From NCBI RefSeq assembly GCF_036321535.1, contig NC_087436.1:4278001-4342000 (forward strand): DNA of 64,000 nucleotides, given 5' to 3'. Below are positions 1-13,032 of the stretch, piece by piece. The position numbers were made by a program, and so were the translations under genes. The DNA comes from Camelus dromedarius (lineage: Eukaryota). The notes below the pieces were generated by a model. It saw only the letters and a list, made by a program, of their open reading frames with translations. It was not told where the DNA came from and made no database searches. Within the stretch, counting starts at the first letter, position 1, and each line of letters opens with the position of its first letter.

Positions 1-1780
1 AATTCAGCAAGGTAGCAGGACACAACATCAACATACAGAGACCAGTGACATTCCTTACACGAAAGAAATAATTCCTTTTAAAACTGCATTCAAAAAAAAT
101 AAAATACTTAGGAATAAATCTGGCCCAGGAAGTGAAAGACATAGGCAGAGACCTACAAACCACTAACTAAGGAAATTAAAGAAGACCTAAAGAAATGGAA
201 AGCTACCCCATGTTCTTGCACTGGAAAAATTAATATGGTTAAAACGGCCATACTACCCGAAGCATTCTACAGATTTAATGTGATCCCTATCAAACCACCC
301 AGGACATTTTTCACAGAATTAGAACAAATCATCCTAAAATTTATATGGATCACAAAAGACCCAGAATTACCAAAGCATAACTGAAGAAAAAGAATAAAGC
401 TGGAGGAATAACCCTCCCAGACTTCAACAACACTACACAGCTACAAACAGAACAGCATGTACTGCTACAAAAACAGACCTACAGGATCCATGGAACAGAA
501 TAGAGAGCCCAGAAGTAAACCCACAAACTTCTGGTCAATTAGTCTTTGACGAAGGAAGCAAGAATATACAATGGAGTAAAGACAGTCTCTTCAGCAAATG
601 GTGTAGGGAAAACTGGACAGCTGCATGTAAGTCAATGAAGTTAGACTACTTCCTCCCACCTTACACAGAAATAAATTCAAAATGGCTTAAATACTTAAAC
701 ATGTAGACAACACTATAAACCTCTTAGAAGAAAACAAAGGCAAAACATTATCTCACATACTTCTCAGTAATCTTCTCCTAGGGCAGTCTACTCAAGCAAC
801 AGAAACAAAAGCACAAATAAACAAACAAATGGGACCTAACTGAGCTTATTTACAAGCTTTTGCACAGCAAAGGAAACCATAAGCAAAACAAAACGACAAA
901 CTACAGAATGGGAGAAAACATTTGTAAATGATTCAACTGACAAAGACTTAATTTCCAGATTATATAATCAGCTCATAAAGCTTAATAACAAAAAACAAAG
1001 AATCCAATCCAACAATGGGCAGAAGATCTAAATAAGCATTTCTCCAATGAAGACATACGAATGACCAATAGGCACATGAAAAAATGCTCAGTATCACTAA
1101 TTATCAGAGAAATGCAAATCAAAACTACAATGAGGTATCTCCTCACATCAGTCAGAATGTCCATCACTTAAAAGTTCATGAAGATAAATGCTGGAGAGGG
1201 TGTGGAGAAAAGGGAACCCTCTTACACTGCTGGTGGGAATGTAGTTTGGTGTAGCCATTATGGGAAACAGTATGGTAATTCTTCAAAAAACTAAAAATAG
1301 ACTTACCCTATGATCCAGCAATTCCATTTCTGCTATATATCCAGAGGGAACTCAAATACAAAAAGATACCTGCACCACCATATACAATAGCCAAGACATG
1401 GAAGCAAGTTAACTGAATTTTCAGCAACAGATGACTGGATATAGATGTGGTATATTTATCCAATGGAATACTGCTCTGCCATAAAAAAGGATAAAATAAT
1501 GCCATTTGCAGCAACATGGTTTGACCTAGAGATCATCATTCTAAGTGAAGTGAGCCAGAAACAGAAAGAAAAATACTGTATGGTATCAGTTGTATGTGCA
1601 ATCTAAAAAAAAGACACTATGAACTCACCTACAAAACAGAAGCAGAGTTGCAGAGTTAGTAAACAATCTTACAGTTACCAGGGAAAGGGGTGGGGGGAGG
1701 ATAAATGTGGAAGTTTGAGATTTACAAATGTTAGTCACAGAAACCTACGTTCAGTATCTGATAATAACCTCTAATGGAAA
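1..1780 (+). mobile_element. LINE-1 fragment: 3' part of ORF2 plus partial 3' UTR, 3'-truncated
   Basis: Typical ORF2 sequence (AAAGACAGTCTCTTCAGCAAATGGTG, GAGAAAAGGGAACCC, TATGATCCAGCAATTCC) with many stops and frameshifts; no poly(A) tail before the GC-rich block. Confidence 0.95.
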
Positions 1781-1849
1781 AGCCACTACAGCCACCAACT
1801 GAGGAAGCAAGAGAAGAAAGGTAAGTGAGCTATCCTGGGCTATAGCCCA

Positions 1850-2800
1850 GTACTCCTAAAGTCCTGGGCCCGCTGCTGCACTGCCCCCCGACCACACGGC
1901 GCCCTCCTCCCAGGAGCAGATTGACGTGAAGATATGCGTCCTGCCAACCTGCGGCAGCACAGCCCGCCCCCAGGAGAGATGGGAGCAAGTCCACCTGCCC
2001 CATGGGGGCAGCCCCCCTCCCCGCCGCCTCCTAACTGCACCGCCACTGCTTCCTGGGAGCCCACTGTCCTGGAAACCAGTGTCCCAGGAACCTGGGGCAG
2101 CTGCAAGGAGAGGCGCGCTACCCCTGGTGAGCTGGGCGATTTGCCCCCATCTCCCCTGCGGCATGGCCTGGGCTCAGCCTCTGCTGCCCCAGGTTCCCGG
2201 GACTCAAGTTACAGGTCATCCTGCTCCAGGAAGGCAGGCGCCCTGCCGTCAGAGGGCTACTGAAGTGATGGCGGGATTGGGGCTGCCCCGTGCAAGTGCG
2301 GGGATTTGCTCCCATTTCTCGCTGTCGCTGCCGCCGCCCCCGCACACTGACCACACCGAGCCCGCCTCCCAGGAGCAGACTGACCTGTCACCTGTGACCC
2401 GCGAACCTGGGGGAGCAGAGGCAGCCCTCAGGCCATGGGGGAGATGGGAGCAAATCCACAGGATCCCAGGGACAGACCCCTCTCCCCGCTGTTGCAGATG
2501 ATGATGCCGCCCCCGCCCCCGCCCCCACCCCCAAATAGCAAGCGTCTGCCTCCCAGGGGCAGGCTGACCACCAGACGTGCACCCTGTGAACATGGGGAAG
2601 CAGAGGCCGCCCCAGTCCAGGCCGCGGGGGAATAGGGAAGAAAATCCAGGGGCTTGCACAGGGCAGCCCTCATGCCACCACGGCCACCGCCGGGACCCGC
2701 GACAGCAACGCATCCTCATCCCAGGAGCTGGCCGTGGCCTGAAGGCCAGTCGGAGATGCTCCCTGGCCGTCCAGAGCCCTCTCACCTCCCGGAGCTTCAC
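1850..2800. repeat. GC-rich array of diverged subunits with an internally inverted block (possibly L1 5' UTR-derived)
   Basis: Variants of CCTCCCAGGAGCAGA(T/C)TGAC at ~1905, 2365 and 2549; GAGATGGGAGCAA at ~1976 and 2441; reverse-complement copies at ~2138-2206 and 2280-2320. Confidence 0.7.
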
Positions 2801-2802
2801 CT

Positions 2803-3168
2803 GCTTTCCCAAACCCGGGTGTAAGAGGCAGTGAAGACGCGGCGTTCAGGGATGACTAATGTGGGGAGGCGGGGGGGGGGACCACGAACCAGGACAGTGG
2901 CCCCTGACCCGCCTCAGGGTCCTAACGGGGCGCGTGGCCTGGGCCTCACCTCCGCACCCCTCCCTGTGCGCCTCCCCAACGGCACAGCCCAGGCCTCACC
3001 CGCCGGCTCCCCGACCTGCGCGCCCCCACCAGCGCCCCCTTACCTGCCTGGCAGCGGGAGCAGAAGTGAAGGCACGCGGCGGACCAGACCCCAGGCCGCG
3101 TTCCTCCTCGGGGAGTTGGTCCAGGAGCACTCGGCTCCCACCCAGCTTCCCACGCTTTGGGCGCGCTC
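2803..3168 (-). promoter_or_regulatory. CpG-rich module, copy 1, with minus-strand splice donor CAG|GTAAG (3044/3043)
   Basis: Homologous to 12662-13026; CpGs retained; CTTACCTG at 3039-3046. Confidence 0.55.
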
Positions 3169-5856
3169 CTCCCCCTCCCGCCCGCAGCGTGGACGCTTGG
3201 CTGCAGCTCCTGCAGTAGGGATGCTGCCAGTGGGGCCGGGCGCTGGGGTGGCAGGGCGGCGGGGCTGGCCAACCTGGTGGACCAGGCCGGCTGGGTCCCC
3301 AACCCCAACGCCCCCACCCTGCCACCCACAGGGTTCGGGCACCCAACTAGAACCACCACAGGAAGCTAATAAAGTTCCAATAACGAACACCAAATAAATG
3401 AAGATCTATCAATTGTCAGGCAAAGAATTCAGAATAGGTGTCCACTTACAGAAGTTTAGTGAACTACAAGAACACACAGGCAGACAGCTAAATAAATCAG
3501 GAAAACAATGCATAAATAAAATGAGACATTCAACAAAGTAATTTTAAAAAACTATAAAGAACTATATGTAGAGTTACGTATATAACTACAGAATTTAAGA
3601 AAGCAAGAAAAAGTAAACCATAGAAAGTATATTTAAAGCAATAATGGCTCAAAACTTATTGGGGAGAGAAATGGACATCTAGACCTATGAGGCCCAAATA
3701 GCTTGAACCCAGATGGGCCTACATCAAGACCTCTTACAATTAAACTGTCAAAAGTAAAAGACAAGGAAAGAAATTTGAAAGCAGCAAGGAAAAACATGAG
3801 AAACAACATGTGAAGAGACCCCGTAAGACTATCAGTGGATTTCTCAAGGGAAACATTTTAGGCCAGGGGTGATATATTCAACACATTGAAAGAAAAAAAT
3901 AGTGAACCAAGAATTTTACACCTGGCAAAGCAGTCCTTCAGAAATGAAAAAGTAACAAAGCCCTTGTCATTCTAAAACCATTAAAACTGAAGGAGTTTAT
4001 CACAACCAGACCTGCCTTACAAAAAATGCTGAGATTTCTTTGTGTGGAGGTAAAAAGATGGTAATAAAATTTGTGAAAACGTAAGAAAGGATAAAACTTA
4101 CTGTCAATAGTAAATACATATTCAAAATCAGAATCTGTAATATAGTAATGGTGATGTGCAATTCACTTACAACTCGTCTAAAAGCTAAAAACCAAACATA
4201 GTAAAATATTCATAACTACAATGTTATTAGTTATAAAATATAAAATAATTGTAACATCAATAATTAAAATGTGAGAACAAGAAGAAATAAAAGTATAAAG
4301 TTTAGTAATGCTATTGAAAAGTTAGGTTTTCATCAATTCAAAAGAGTGTTATAATTTTAAGATATTTTATGTAATAATTAGGGGAAAACCTGTAGTAATT
4401 AAACAAAAGAAGATGATACATCAGTCAAACAACGTTAATACCAAAAAACATCAGAAGACAAAAAAGCAATAGAATACAAAATAAGTAACAATACATTTGC
4501 AAAGCAGCCAGAAATCATTTAACAAAATGACAGTAGAATGTCCTTATCTATCAATAATTCTTTTAAATGTAAATAGATTAATTGTTTCAATCAAAAGTCA
4601 TAAAATAGCTGAAAGGATTAAAGAAAAAAACAAGTTTTAATGATACACTCCCCATGAGAACTTGCTTTAGCCTTAAAGACATGCATAGAGTGAAAGGAAG
4701 GAAAAGATATTTTAATTAAATGACACCTCAAGAAAAGTGGAAGTAGCTATACTTAAATCAAACAAAATATATTTTAAACAAAAATGATATGAAGAGAGAT
4801 GGTCACTGAATAATAACAAAGAGGTCAATCCATGAAGAAGGTATCACATTTGTACGTATTTATGCACCTAACGCTGAAGTGCTCCAACATATGCAGCAGA
4901 ACTAATGGAGCTAAAAGGAGAAATAACAGCAAAACAGTACCAGCTAAGAACTCTAATACCCCACCCTCAGCAACGGACAGATCATCTGGACAGGTAATCA
5001 GTGAGAAAACAGCAGATTTCAACCAAAAAGACATATAAAGAACTTTCTATCTGACGATGGCAGAATATAAATTCTTCTTAAGCAAAATGAAACATTATCT
5101 ATGACAGACCATACACTGGGTCACAAAACAACTCTTAGCAAATTCAAGAGGGTTGAAATCATACTAAGTATCTTCTCTGACTACAATGGTATGAAAGTAG
5201 AAATAAATATCTTAAGGAATTAAAAAAAGAAAAAAAACTGAGTCAAAAGTAAGGGAAGGAAGGAAATAATAAAAATTAGAGCACAAATAAGTGAAATAGA
5301 GAACAGGAAAACAATTTTAAAAGATTAACAAAACGAATAGGTTCTTAAAAAGTTAAACAAAATTGACAAATCTTTAGCTAGACTAAACTAGCCAAGGAAA
5401 AAAGAGAGAAGGCCCAAATCATTTTAAATGAAGGAGACATTTCAACTGATACCATAAACATAAAAAGGATAAGAAGCTACTTTGAACAATGATATTCTGG
5501 ACAACCTAGAAGAAGTGGAAAAATTCTTAGAAATACACATTTCAAAACTGAATCAGGAAGAAATACAGCATCTATCTGGCTAAATACTAGCAAGCAGACT
5601 GAATCAGTGATCAGAAATCTCCCAACGAAGGAAAGCCCAGGACCAAGTGATTTCACATTTTTTTATTTTACAAAACATTAAAAGAAAAAGTTAATGTCAA
5701 CTCTTCACAAAAAAGCCCAGAGGAGAGAAGACTCCAAAACTCATTCTACAAGGTCAGCATTTCCCTGATAGCAAAGCCAGAAAAGGCCATTACCAGCAAG
5801 GTAAACACAGGCCAATATTCCTGATGATGGTAGATGCAAAAATTATCAATAAAATA

Positions 5857-5970
5857 GAGAAAAAATGTGATGATGAATATATATATGTTCATTTATAACT
5901 GAAAAATTGTGCTCTACACTGGAATATGACACAACATAGTAAAATGATTGTAAATGAATAAAAAATGTTA
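5857..5970 (+). mobile_element. Severely 5'-truncated younger L1 (3' UTR tip only) nested in the older L1
   Basis: Matches the 3' end of the L1 at 59130-59245 (GAAAAATTGTGCTCTACACTGGAAT); flanked by a 19-bp duplication AAAAATTATCAATAAAATA at 5838-5856 and 5971-5989. Confidence 0.9.
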
Positions 5971-7989
5971 AAAAATTATCAATAAAATACTTTCAAATCA
6001 AATTCAGCAGCACATTAAAAAGATCACTTACCATGATCACGTGAGATTTATCCCAGAGAATCCAGGATGGTTCAACATATGCAAATCAATTCTGTGATAA
6101 ATTACATTAATAAAATGAATTTAAAAATCGTATAATCATCTCAATAGATGCAGAAAAAGTAGCTGACAAAATTCAAAATCTGTTTAAATAAGCACTTTCA
6201 ACAAACTAGGTATTGAAGGAACACACCTAACTACAATAAAGGCCATAGTGATAAGTCTACAGCTAACATCATACTTAATGGTGAAAAGTTGAAACCTCTT
6301 CTTCTAAAATCAGGAAAAAGACAAACATGTCCATTCTCACCACTCCTATTCAACACAGTACTTGAAGTTCCAGCTAGATCAATCAAGAAAGAAGAAATAA
6401 GCCCCAGAATTGGAAAGGAAGAAGTTGTAAATTGCCTGTATTTGCAGAGGGCATAATTTAATATATAGAAAACCCTAAAGACCTACCAAGAAACTTAAAT
6501 CTAATCAACAAATTTAGTAAAGTTGCAGGATACAAAATTAACATTCAAAAATCAGTAGCATTCCCATACACTAACAGTGAATTATCTGAAAAACAAATAA
6601 AGAAAACAATTTTATTTATATTAGCATCAAAACAAACAAAAAGACTCAAGAACAAATTGAATCAAGGAGGTGAAATCTCTCTACACAGAAAACTATAAGA
6701 CATTGATGAAATAAATGGAAAAAGACACAGATATATGCAAAAGTATTCTATGTTCATGGATTAGAAGAATTAGAGGAGTTTTAAAATGTTTATTCTGCCA
6801 AAAGTAATCTGTAGAGTCAGTGCAAACCCTATCAAGGTTCTAAAGACATCTTTACATCCTAAAATGTATATGGAACTACAAAGACCTCAAATGGTTAAAG
6901 CAACCCTGGGAAAGGATGAAGTAGAAGACATCACATTTCCTGATTCCAGGCTATTTTACAAAAATATAGTGATCAAAACAGTATGGTACTGGCATGAAAA
7001 CAGACATAGTCCAATGGAACAAAATTGAAAGCCTAGAACTAAATCCATGCATACAGCCAACTAATATTTGACAAGGGAGCCAATAATACTCAATGGAGAA
7101 AAGACAGTATCTTCAATAATTGGTGTTGGGAAAAGTGGATATTTACATGCAAAGGAGTAATACTAGACTGATATCTTATACCACGACCAAAACTTAACTT
7201 GAAATGGGTTAAAACATGTAAATGTAAGATCACAAGTCCTAGAGGAAAACAGAAGAGAACAAGCTCCTTGACATGGGTTGTGGCAATTTTTTGGATGTGA
7301 CACCTAAAGCATAAGCAACAAAATTTAAAATAAACAAGTAACACTCTGTCAACTGAAAAAAACTCTACACAACACAACAAAAAATCAATGAAATGAAAAG
7401 ACAAAATATGGGATGGGAAATATGTGCAAACCATGTATCTCATAAGGGGTTAATATCTAAAATATATAAAGAACTCATCATACAAATCAATACCAAAACA
7501 TCACAAATAATCCAGTTTAAAAATGGACAAAGGACCCACAAAGGTATTTTTCTAAAGGAGTAATATGAATAGTTGACAGGTACACAAAAAAATGTGCTCA
7601 ACATCACTAATCGTTAGAGAAAGGCAAATTAAAACCACAGTGAGATATCACTTCATACCTGTTGAAATGGCTAGTGTCAAAAAGACATGAGATAACAAAT
7701 GCTGGTGAGAACTTGAAAAAAAAAAGGAACTGCTGTGCACTGGTGGTGGGACCATATACCAGCACAACCACTATGGAAAATAGTATAAAAGTTCCTCAAA
7801 AAATTAAAAATAGAACAACCATATGATCTGGTTATTCCACTTCTGGAGTATGTATCTGAAGGAAATGAAAACACTATGTCAAAGAGATATCTGTACCCCG
7901 ATGTTTATTGTAGCATTACTTACCAGAGCCAAGACATGGAAATGACCTAAGTGTCCATCAAAAGATGAATGAATGAAGAAGTGGTGATA

Positions 7990-8011
7990 TCCATCTATGT
8001 ATCTATCTATC

Positions 8012-8068
<57 letters not shown>
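7990..8068. repeat. (TCTA)n microsatellite
   Basis: Directly visible. Confidence 0.98.
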
Positions 8069-8624
8069 CCTAATGGAATATTAATCAACCATCAAAAAGG
8101 AGGAAATCCTGCATTTGTGACAACTTGGATGGACCTTGAGAGCACTGTGATAAGTGAAATAGGTCAGATAGAAAATGACAAATACTGCATTAATTTACTT
8201 ACATGTGGAATCTAAAACAAATGAATTAACTCATTAAAAAAAAAAAAAGAGATCATACTTGTGGTTACCAGAGGCCATGTGTGAAGGAAAGGAAGAAATG
8301 AATGAACTTGGTTAAAAATAAACTTTCAGTTATAAGATGAATAAGAACTAGGAATGTAATTTACAACATGATGAGTATAGTTAACACTTTTGTGTGGTAT
8401 GTATGAAAGTTTTTAAGATCATAAATTCTGAGTTCCCATCAAAAGGAAAATTATTTTTTTTCTTCTTTGTATCTATATGAGATGAAGGACATTAAATTTG
8501 CTGTGTTATTCCATGATACATGTAAGTCAAATCATTATGTTGTAGATCTTAAGTTTATATAGTGGTGTTTGCCAATTATACCTCAATAAAACTGGGGGAA
8601 ATATTTACATCAAAAAAAGAGTGA

Positions 8625-10030
8625 AAAGAAGCAACAAATTTGGAGTAGAAAGATTTCAAACTCAGAATAAATAAAGAATTCTCATAAATCCATAAGAAAA
8701 GGACATCCAATCCAATAGAAAAAATGGCAGATGTCTATTAGTCATTGCCTTAATAATATTGCACAACAAGCAGGTGTCAGACCTCAGTGGCACACAAGAA
8801 TAAGTGCTTATTTCTCACTCATGTCTGCGGGTCAGCTGGGGCAACTCTACACTATGTGTTTCATTCTAGGGTCCAAGCTGGTAAATAGTATAAAGAATGG
8901 CTACTTGGAGTTTTTAATCTCATGGCTTGGCCAAATGCTCTAGTGGGCCAGCCCAGACACACAAGCACACTTCAAGTTGTTATTCACATTACTTTCATTT
9001 ATATACCACTGGCCAAAACAAATGGCTGACCAAGCCCACCAGCTAGAGGAAGTAAACCACACCCCTTCCAGCAGAATGCTGTACTCATCTAACAAGGACA
9101 TCTGTAACAATATTACAGGGGAGTGAAAAAATCAGTCAGCTACATACAAGAAAAGGAATTTTACAAATTAACAAATCAAATGATGAGGAAATACATGAAA
9201 ATTTGCTCAAAACCATTAGCATCAGGAAAGAGGAAATTCAAAATCAAAATAAAGTATCAACTTACATCTATCAATTTAGCAAAAAATGAAAAGTTCAATG
9301 CCAACTGCTGGCAAGGATGAAGAACAATGGAAATTCTTGTAAAGTTTTTCAACGTTAGGAAAGCAAATTGTCTTTATCTACTGAAGTTCAGGGGGCACAT
9401 ATTCTACATTCCAGCAGTTATACCTCTGGGTATAGAAAGTCTTGGCACATATCCCTATAAACATATACTGTAAGAAATGTTATAGTTGTGTTTATGTCAT
9501 ACACACACACAAACACAAAGCAAACCAGAAATACTGGGAACACACGAGGTGCTCATCATGGAAGAATAGGTGGATGGATAAATACACTATGGAAGATTCA
9601 TACAACATTCCATTCAGGAAGTGAAAATGGAAAACTACTTCTACATATTCCAACATGGATGTAACTCACTAAGATAATGCTGAATAATGAAGTGATAAAA
9701 TAACATAATTTCCAGCTACAGTTAAAAGATAGAAAAGTAAAGAGTCCATCATTTAGGAATATATGAAGTGAAGTATTTCACATATTTTTTTTTACACAGG
9801 GAGTAAAATATAATAAGATATATATGATACTGAATACATAGAGCAATTCTTAGTCTAGAGGTAAGAAACACAAAAACCAAGTGGGAACTGAAACACAATC
9901 AGGGAGAGGCACGTGGTGGATGTGTGGGGATGTTCATTTTCATTGATCAGGGGTATACATGCCTATCACCACTGCTATTATTGATACATTTATTTGTATC
10001 TTGTGTGTATATATGTCATAAATCTTCATT
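8625..10030 (+). mobile_element. Ancient L1 (L1M-type) 3' fragments interrupted by an MaLR/MLT-like LTR remnant (~8735-9130)
   Basis: ATCCAATAGAAAAAATGGCA resumes as AAATGATGAGGAAATACATGAAAATTTGCTCAAAACCATTAG; the intervening block resembles MLT1 consensus as recalled. Confidence 0.6.
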
Positions 10031-11747
10031 TGTATCTTATAATTTAAAATATATAAATAATATGAAATAGTGATTAAGGATGTCTAATTCATTTGTCCCT
10101 TTAAAGGAAATCTAAAAGTTATTTTTTAAAGAGTTCTTTTGAATTCGTTTCTATTTTTACAAATTATTCCATGTAAAATCAAATAGAAGTAGATTGAAAT
10201 AGAAATATACATTGAAATAAAATATAAATAGAAATATACTGATTGAAATGGAAATATACATCTAATACACTAATAATTAGAGTTAAAATTCTACTCATAA
10301 ATAATCTAATGCAAGTATCAACTCAATTCATTATGTATTTCAAGTGACATGCTTCAATTCTGTAATTTAAGGAGTCCTGGTTATTCCTCTGTGCCCATTG
10401 CCACAGTCCCTGGTTACAGCCACCTCTTCCCTTTCTTTAATGGGCTTTGATTTCTTTAATGGGCTCTGGGCTTTAATTTAGGCCAGATGTGTCCTTCTAT
10501 CCTTTCCCAGCAGATCTTTAGTCCCGTGGGTAAGTTGCTTCTCTTGTGTGAACTACGTTTCCAGAGGCCTCAATGCTCCTTAATGGGCTTGTAGGACCAG
10601 TCATTTCATAAGAGGGCAGCAAGCCCATTAGGGAAGGAGAATCGTTCCTAGTGCTGGATTGAGGGTTGAAATTTATAGTCAGTTTTACAGGTCACAGATT
10701 CATCATCCCATACACACACTATCCTCTCTCCCAGAGTTTGATTATCCTCCAGGGCATTTTGCTCAGAGCTTCAGTCTTCCAAAGTGCACCCGTCACATCA
10801 GGCCTTGGTCTATCAGCTTCAAACCAAAATCTTGTGAGGTTTATCTAGCGTTTCTTTTTTATTCTTACTGTGTAATTACTATAAATAAACTTTCATGTGG
10901 AAAAGAAAATAATTAATGGTATAGTATTCATTGCTAAGAAAGGAAAAAAATCTTCAAACAACACATTGGACATGCTTGTAGATGAATACCAGGCAAGCCA
11001 GAGACCAAAAAGTACTTCCAGAAAATTTCTTTCAGCATAGCTTTATATTGAAAAGAGTGAGCAATGCAAAAGTGCATTTGCTTTGCTGTGCTCAAACTTT
11101 CTTTGAAGATTTATTGTTATATAAATGAACTGGAAGTTCTTGAACATGTAAGATCTCATGAAAACGCATTAATGAACATACATGCAAAACTGTTTAAGTG
11201 AGAGTCACATTATACATTTCTAAGTTGCTCCAGGTCAACTTTTCCACTGAAACAGCAACTGGATCTTGAAAATTTGTCCAAAGATTAGTAGAGGAATAAA
11301 GCTAATTCTGTACCCTAAAGAGAAAAAACAAAGGTGTTCGTCTACTAGGAATGTTGTGAGGGACCAATAAGCACATAGCCTGTTTTATCATATTGATATT
11401 TTTAGTGATCAGTCATCATCAAGGAATCTACAATGGTTTTTCTTCTAATTAGTGAAAGTGACTACCTTTCCCTAAGCACATTCTAGAGTTTTCTCTTAGG
11501 ATTCAACTAATCAGTCACAGTGCTGTGACTGTCACCCTGTCCTCAGTGTTCTCAGGAACAATATCCCACACATCCTTGGATAGAGAAGACTACAGAATGC
11601 GGTTGGGGGAAACAGTCTCTTTAGAAAAACGGTTCTGAACTTCAGTCCTGTGCTTAAAGAGGGGACACTAAGAGAGATTACAAATCCATGTTCTTCAAGT
11701 TTGACTAGCAGAGGATAAGGTCAATTTAAATTTCCCCTTGGTGGGAA

Positions 11748-11843
11748 GTGCACATTTAGGGAAAGCACAAATACTAAAACTGGAAAGATACATTAGCATG
11801 GCCCCTGAGCAGGATACACACATATTCATGAAGCGATCCAGCA
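11748..11843 (+). pseudogene. RNU6: U6 snRNA retrocopy fused to the 5' end of a truncated L1
   Basis: GTGC...AGCACAAATACTAAAACTGGAAAGATAC--ATTAGCATGGCCCCTGAGCAGGAT-ACACATATTCATGAAGCGATCCA is colinear with U6; the ACAGAGA box is deleted. Confidence 0.9.
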
Positions 11844-11845
11844 TC

Positions 11846-12660
11846 AGACCTAAAATCATAAAAACTCCTACAATAAAACTTAAGCATAAACAACTTGACT
11901 TCAGTCCTGATGATGATATTTAACGTTAGACACTGCAAAGCAAAGGCAACAAAAGCCAAAATAAACAGCTGGGGTTACATCAAACTAAAAGGCTTCTGTA
12001 CAGCAAAGAAGACCATCAGCAAAATAAAAGCAACCTACTGAATGGGAGAAACGATTGGCAAACCCTATTTCTGACAAGGAGTGAATATTCAAAATACATA
12101 AAGAACTCATGCAACTTCATAGGGAAAACAAGCAATCTGATTTACAAATTGATGGAAAATCTGAATACCCATTTTTCCAAAAGAGACATGCAGACAGCTA
12201 ACAGGGACGTGAAAAGGGACAAAACATCACTATCATCAGGGAAATGCAAATCAGAACCACAATGAGAGATCACCTCACACATGTCAGAACGGCTGTCAGC
12301 AAAAAGACAAGAAATAATAAGACTTGGCAAGGATGTGGAGAAAAGGGAACCCTGGTGCACTATTCATAGGAATGTAAATTCGTGTAGCCATGATGGAAAT
12401 ATGGAGAGTTCTTAAAAAATTAAAATAGATCCATGGGATCCAGCAATTCCACTTCTGAGTATTTGTCCAAAGGACATAAAAACACTATGAAGTGATAACT
12501 GCACCGCATGTTCATTGCAGCATTATTGACAATAGCCAAGATACGAAAATAACCTGAGTGTCCATCAGTGGATGAATGGATAACAAATGTGATTCTCACA
12601 CACACACACACACACACATACACACACAGAGGAATATTATTCAGCCATAATAATTCAGCC
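11846..12660 (+). mobile_element. 5'-truncated LINE-1 (late ORF2), 3' end missing
   Basis: AGACCTAAAATCATAAAAACTCCTA, CATCAAACTAAAAGGCTTCTG, GGAGAAAAGGGAACCC; (CA)n at ~12595-12628. Confidence 0.92.
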
Positions 12661-12661
12661 A

Positions 12662-13030
12662 CTTTCCCAAACCCACATATGAGCTGCAGCAAGAAAGACG
12701 CAGGATTCAGTGATTACCAATCTGGGGGAGGGGGGGACCCCAACCAGAGCAGTGGCCTGGGACCTGCCTCAGGGTCTGCATGGGGACACGGGGCCTGGAC
12801 CTCACCTAAGCACCCCTCCCTGTGCGCCTCCCCAGCTGCACAGCCCAGGCCTCACCCGCCGGCTCCCCGACCTGCGCGCCCCCACCAGCGCCCCCTTACC
12901 TGCTCGGCAGCGGCAGCAGAAGCGACAGCAAGCGGAGGCCCAGACCCCAGGCCGCGTTCCTCCTCCGGGAGCTGGTCCAGGAGCTCCCGGCTCCCGCCCA
13001 GCGTCCACACGCTCTGGGCGCGCTCCCGCG
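12662..13030 (-). promoter_or_regulatory. CpG-rich module, copy 2, with minus-strand splice donor CAG|GTAAG (12900/12899)
   Basis: Paralog of 2803-3168; 94-bp core with 2 mismatches. Confidence 0.55.
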
Positions 13031-13032
13031 TC

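Larger units (their letters stand above)
3345..8620 (+). mobile_element. Old, decayed LINE-1: ORF1 remnant (~3345-4060), ORF2 remnant (~4530-8200, internal deletion near 5210), 3' UTR and A-tail
   Basis: ORF1-like AAAGAATTCAGAATA and AGACTATCAGTGGATTTCTC; endonuclease start; RT region (ATAGATGCAGAAAAAG, TTTGCAGAGGGCATA); KTVWYWH in ORF track; CTCAATAAAACTGGGGGAAA at the 3' end. Confidence 0.95.

Noticed and set aside
3020..3046. GCGCCCCC motifs as CTCF sites
   Set aside because: They lack the following TGGTGG/TAGTGG half of the core motif
1840..3397. Many overlapping Pro/Gly/Arg-rich ORFs of 100-190 aa
   Set aside because: Expected in GC-rich repeats on both strands; no recognisable domain
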